From a virus (taxonomy: Duplodnaviria; Caudoviricetes), in IMG/VR virus record IMGVR_UViG_3300020287_000001, positions 1 through 58,648 of that record: DNA of 58,648 nucleotides; one strand, written 5' to 3'. Positions 56,444 to 58,648 of this stretch are shown here, piece after piece. The position numbers and the translations under genes are program-made. Each line of letters starts with the position of its first letter. Positions within the stretch are counted from its first letter, which is position 1. The notes below the pieces were generated by a model. It was not told the DNA's origin. It did no database searches and worked only from the letters and a program-made list of their open reading frames with translations.

Positions 56444-57064
56444 ATGGCATTAACAAAAGTACAAGCAGAGGGAATAAACTTAGCAGATACATTTGCTTTT
56501 ACTGGAACTGTAAGTGGTACACCTGAAACAAGAGTTTTGATAAAAACCATTACACCATCAAATGCAGCTTCCGTTGAGTTTATTGATGGTTCAAGTGGTG
56601 TTGTTTTTGACAATACTTATAAGAGATATGAATTTACTATTGATACTGCTATTCCTGCTACAAATCAAACATATATGGATATGAAACTAACTTCTGATGG
56701 TGGAAGTTCGTATCATGGCAATAGTTCTTATAATTTAGTAAGTTGGAGATGGTATTCTAATGGAAGCTCAACAAGTACACAAGTTCAATATTTTAATGAT
56801 TTTGCAGGTAATGCAGACCAACAAATAAGTAGTAGTGCAGCATCAGGTGGTCTTCATGCGTTTGTTACTGTTTCTAATATAGGTGCAGCATCAAGAACTA
56901 CTTTTAAATCAACATATTATGCTTTCGGAGCTAATAGTTATTATATACAGACAGAAACTGTGGGTGCAAGAGAGGATAGCAGTATTACTGTAGATGGCGT
57001 TAAGTTTAACTTTAGAAGTGGTAATATTACAAGTGGCACATTTAAATTGTTTGGAGTTAAATGA
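56444..57064 (+). CDS. Tail fibre-like protein
   Basis: MALTKV N-terminus; FD.TY..Y...GNI.SGTF.L.GVK end. Confidence 0.7.
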   Translation: MALTKVQAEGINLADTFAFTGTVSGTPETRVLIKTITPSNAASVEFIDGSSGVVFDNTYKRYEFTIDTAIPATNQTYMDMKLTSDGGSSYHGNSSYNLVSWRWYSNGSSTSTQVQYFNDFAGNADQQISSSAASGGLHAFVTVSNIGAASRTTFKSTYYAFGANSYYIQTETVGAREDSSITVDGVKFNFRSGNITSGTFKLFGVK

Positions 57065-57390
57065 TGGCTAATAGAATGAAAAATGTTAATGGTATTGAAG
57101 TTGAACTTACTGACGCAGAAGAAGCTGAAAGAGATGCAGAAGAAAAGGCATGGGCAGATGGAGCATTGGATAGAGAGCTTAATTGGTTAAGACAAATAAG
57201 AAATGATATGTTAGTTGAAACAGATTATATGGGTAACTCAGATGTAACAATGAGTGATGCTTGGAAAACTTATAGACAAGAATTAAGAGATATTACAAAA
57301 GGCTTGGATTCTGTAGAAAAAGTGCAAGAAAAAATGAAGTTTGATACAAAAACTAAAACTCATGTAAATTTTCCTAAAAAGCCGAGTTAA
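57064..57390 (+). CDS. Tail fibre assembly chaperone
   Basis: LR..RN..L.ETD.....D......W.TYRQELRDIT. Confidence 0.8.
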   Translation: MANRMKNVNGIEVELTDAEEAERDAEEKAWADGALDRELNWLRQIRNDMLVETDYMGNSDVTMSDAWKTYRQELRDITKGLDSVEKVQEKMKFDTKTKTHVNFPKKPS

Positions 57391-57401
57391 GGAGATAATT
57401 T

Positions 57402-58556
57402 ATGCCGTACATAGGAGTCAGCCCACAATTTGGAGTTAGAAGAAAGCACACTTACACTGCCACTGCTGGGCAAACAAGTTTTAGTGGTGCAGGATCAGAG
57501 GGTGCAACATTAAGTTACACAGATAGTAACTTTGTTGATGTATATCAAAATGGTGTAAAGTTAGGTGATGCAGACTATACATCTACAAGTGGCACAGCTA
57601 TTGTTTTAGCTCAAGGAGCGTCAGTTGATGATCTCGTAGAAATAATAGTTTTTGATGCTTTTAGTATTTCAGACACTGTAAGTAAAGCAGATGGTGGTTC
57701 ATTTGAGGGTGCAATCACTGCAAATGCTGGTGTAAAGGTTGACAATATAACTATAGATGGTACAGAGATTGATTTATCTAGTGGTGATCTTACACTTGAT
57801 GTAGCAGGGGATATAATTCTTGATGCTGATGGTGGAGATGTAAAAATAAATGATGGTGGCACAGCAAGATTTCATATTCTTACAAGCCCTACAGATACAG
57901 AACTTTTTAATCAAACACAAGATGCAGATATTGTTTTCAAAGGAGATGATGGAGGCGCTACTGTAGAAGCCATGAGAATTGATATGTCACAAGGTGGACT
58001 TATTCGTATTGGAGGATCAAGCGCTAGTAACTTACCAAGCGCTCAGTTAGATGTAAAAGGTCATTTTCGTGCTTCTGAGGATGCTCAAACTGCACATCCC
58101 GGTTCAGCAAGTTCTACACAAAATGCAATAACTCAAAAATCTAGTATTAGTTCAATATTTGATATACCCTTTCGTGTTCAATTTCCTAATGGCACTAGCA
58201 ATCTTGCAGTCAGGTTGTACTTAGCTCAAACTTCTTTGTGGGCAGCAGGACAATGTATTCTTAGCTCTACTTATTCTAATGCTAATGCTAGTGGCTTTAG
58301 GCTTTATAGATGGTCACATTCTTACAATAGTAGCACTCAGTATCAAAATGTTTTAAGTAATACAGAAAATCAAGGAAGCACTAGCAGTCATTTCGAGTTT
58401 AACAGTCATGGTTGGGATTCAAGCGAATCTGCTCATTATTTTGAATTTAGACACATAGCAAGTACAGGCAACATTATGTATGTGAATTTTCAGTTATTTG
58501 GCAGTTCATCTTCATATCAACCTGCCGATTGGTATTACAAACACACGACTTATTAA
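57402..58556 (+). CDS. Tail fibre protein
   Basis: MPYIG...YTATAGQT.F...VDVY.NGVKL...DYT..SGT..VL; LD.AGDI.LDADG. Confidence 0.8.
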   Translation: MPYIGVSPQFGVRRKHTYTATAGQTSFSGAGSEGATLSYTDSNFVDVYQNGVKLGDADYTSTSGTAIVLAQGASVDDLVEIIVFDAFSISDTVSKADGGSFEGAITANAGVKVDNITIDGTEIDLSSGDLTLDVAGDIILDADGGDVKINDGGTARFHILTSPTDTELFNQTQDADIVFKGDDGGATVEAMRIDMSQGGLIRIGGSSASNLPSAQLDVKGHFRASEDAQTAHPGSASSTQNAITQKSSISSIFDIPFRVQFPNGTSNLAVRLYLAQTSLWAAGQCILSSTYSNANASGFRLYRWSHSYNSSTQYQNVLSNTENQGSTSSHFEFNSHGWDSSESAHYFEFRHIASTGNIMYVNFQLFGSSSSYQPADWYYKHTTY

Positions 58557-58571
58557 GGATAAAAATGTACA

Positions 58572-58648
58572 AGTACACTTACAAAGATATAGAATATACC
58601 TACAGTCCAGAAAATCCTGTTATTCTTGGCATAGACGATAAAACTGGA
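58572..58648. repeat. Terminal overlap identical to 1-77
   Basis: Exact 77-nt match to window start. Confidence 0.97.

Noticed and set aside
52944-58556. Diversity-generating retroelement acting on tail fibres
   Set aside because: No reverse transcriptase and no template/variable repeat pair noticed

Overview
Complete, circularly permuted genome (58,571 bp plus a 77-bp assembly overlap) of a tailed dsDNA phage, most likely a marine podovirus. It has a PolA/AEP-primase/UvrD/SNF2 replication module, GroES, a Mu-gpT-like capsid and large ejection proteins; the gene content resembles HTVC023P-type phages of Alphaproteobacteria (inference, no search run). Layout: tail and ejection genes (1-16.9 kb, continuing from 51-58.6 kb), endolysin, replication module (17.3-26 kb), regulatory/AT-rich accessory region with MTase and TerS (26-37 kb), TerL-portal-capsid head module (37-51 kb). 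No integrase, CRISPR array or canonical tRNA was seen. Main candidates for undescribed biology: (1) a two-hairpin small RNA (27712-27806) whose 18-nt single-stranded linker is antisense to a shared TATAGGA ribosome-binding leader of the accessory genes, and whose terminator loop is complementary to the replication-operon RBS; (2) an 18-bp operator TATRRGAT-AA-ATCYYATA at most promoters, with a candidate autoregulated ribbon-helix-helix repressor; (3) a [MFYV]xxGGx[VIA] peptide tag shared by eight unrelated virion-module proteins, including a DUF6884/ART-like effector; (4) terminator hairpins with a -35 box in the loop; (5) strong CCWGG avoidance. All family assignments are from motif recognition by eye.
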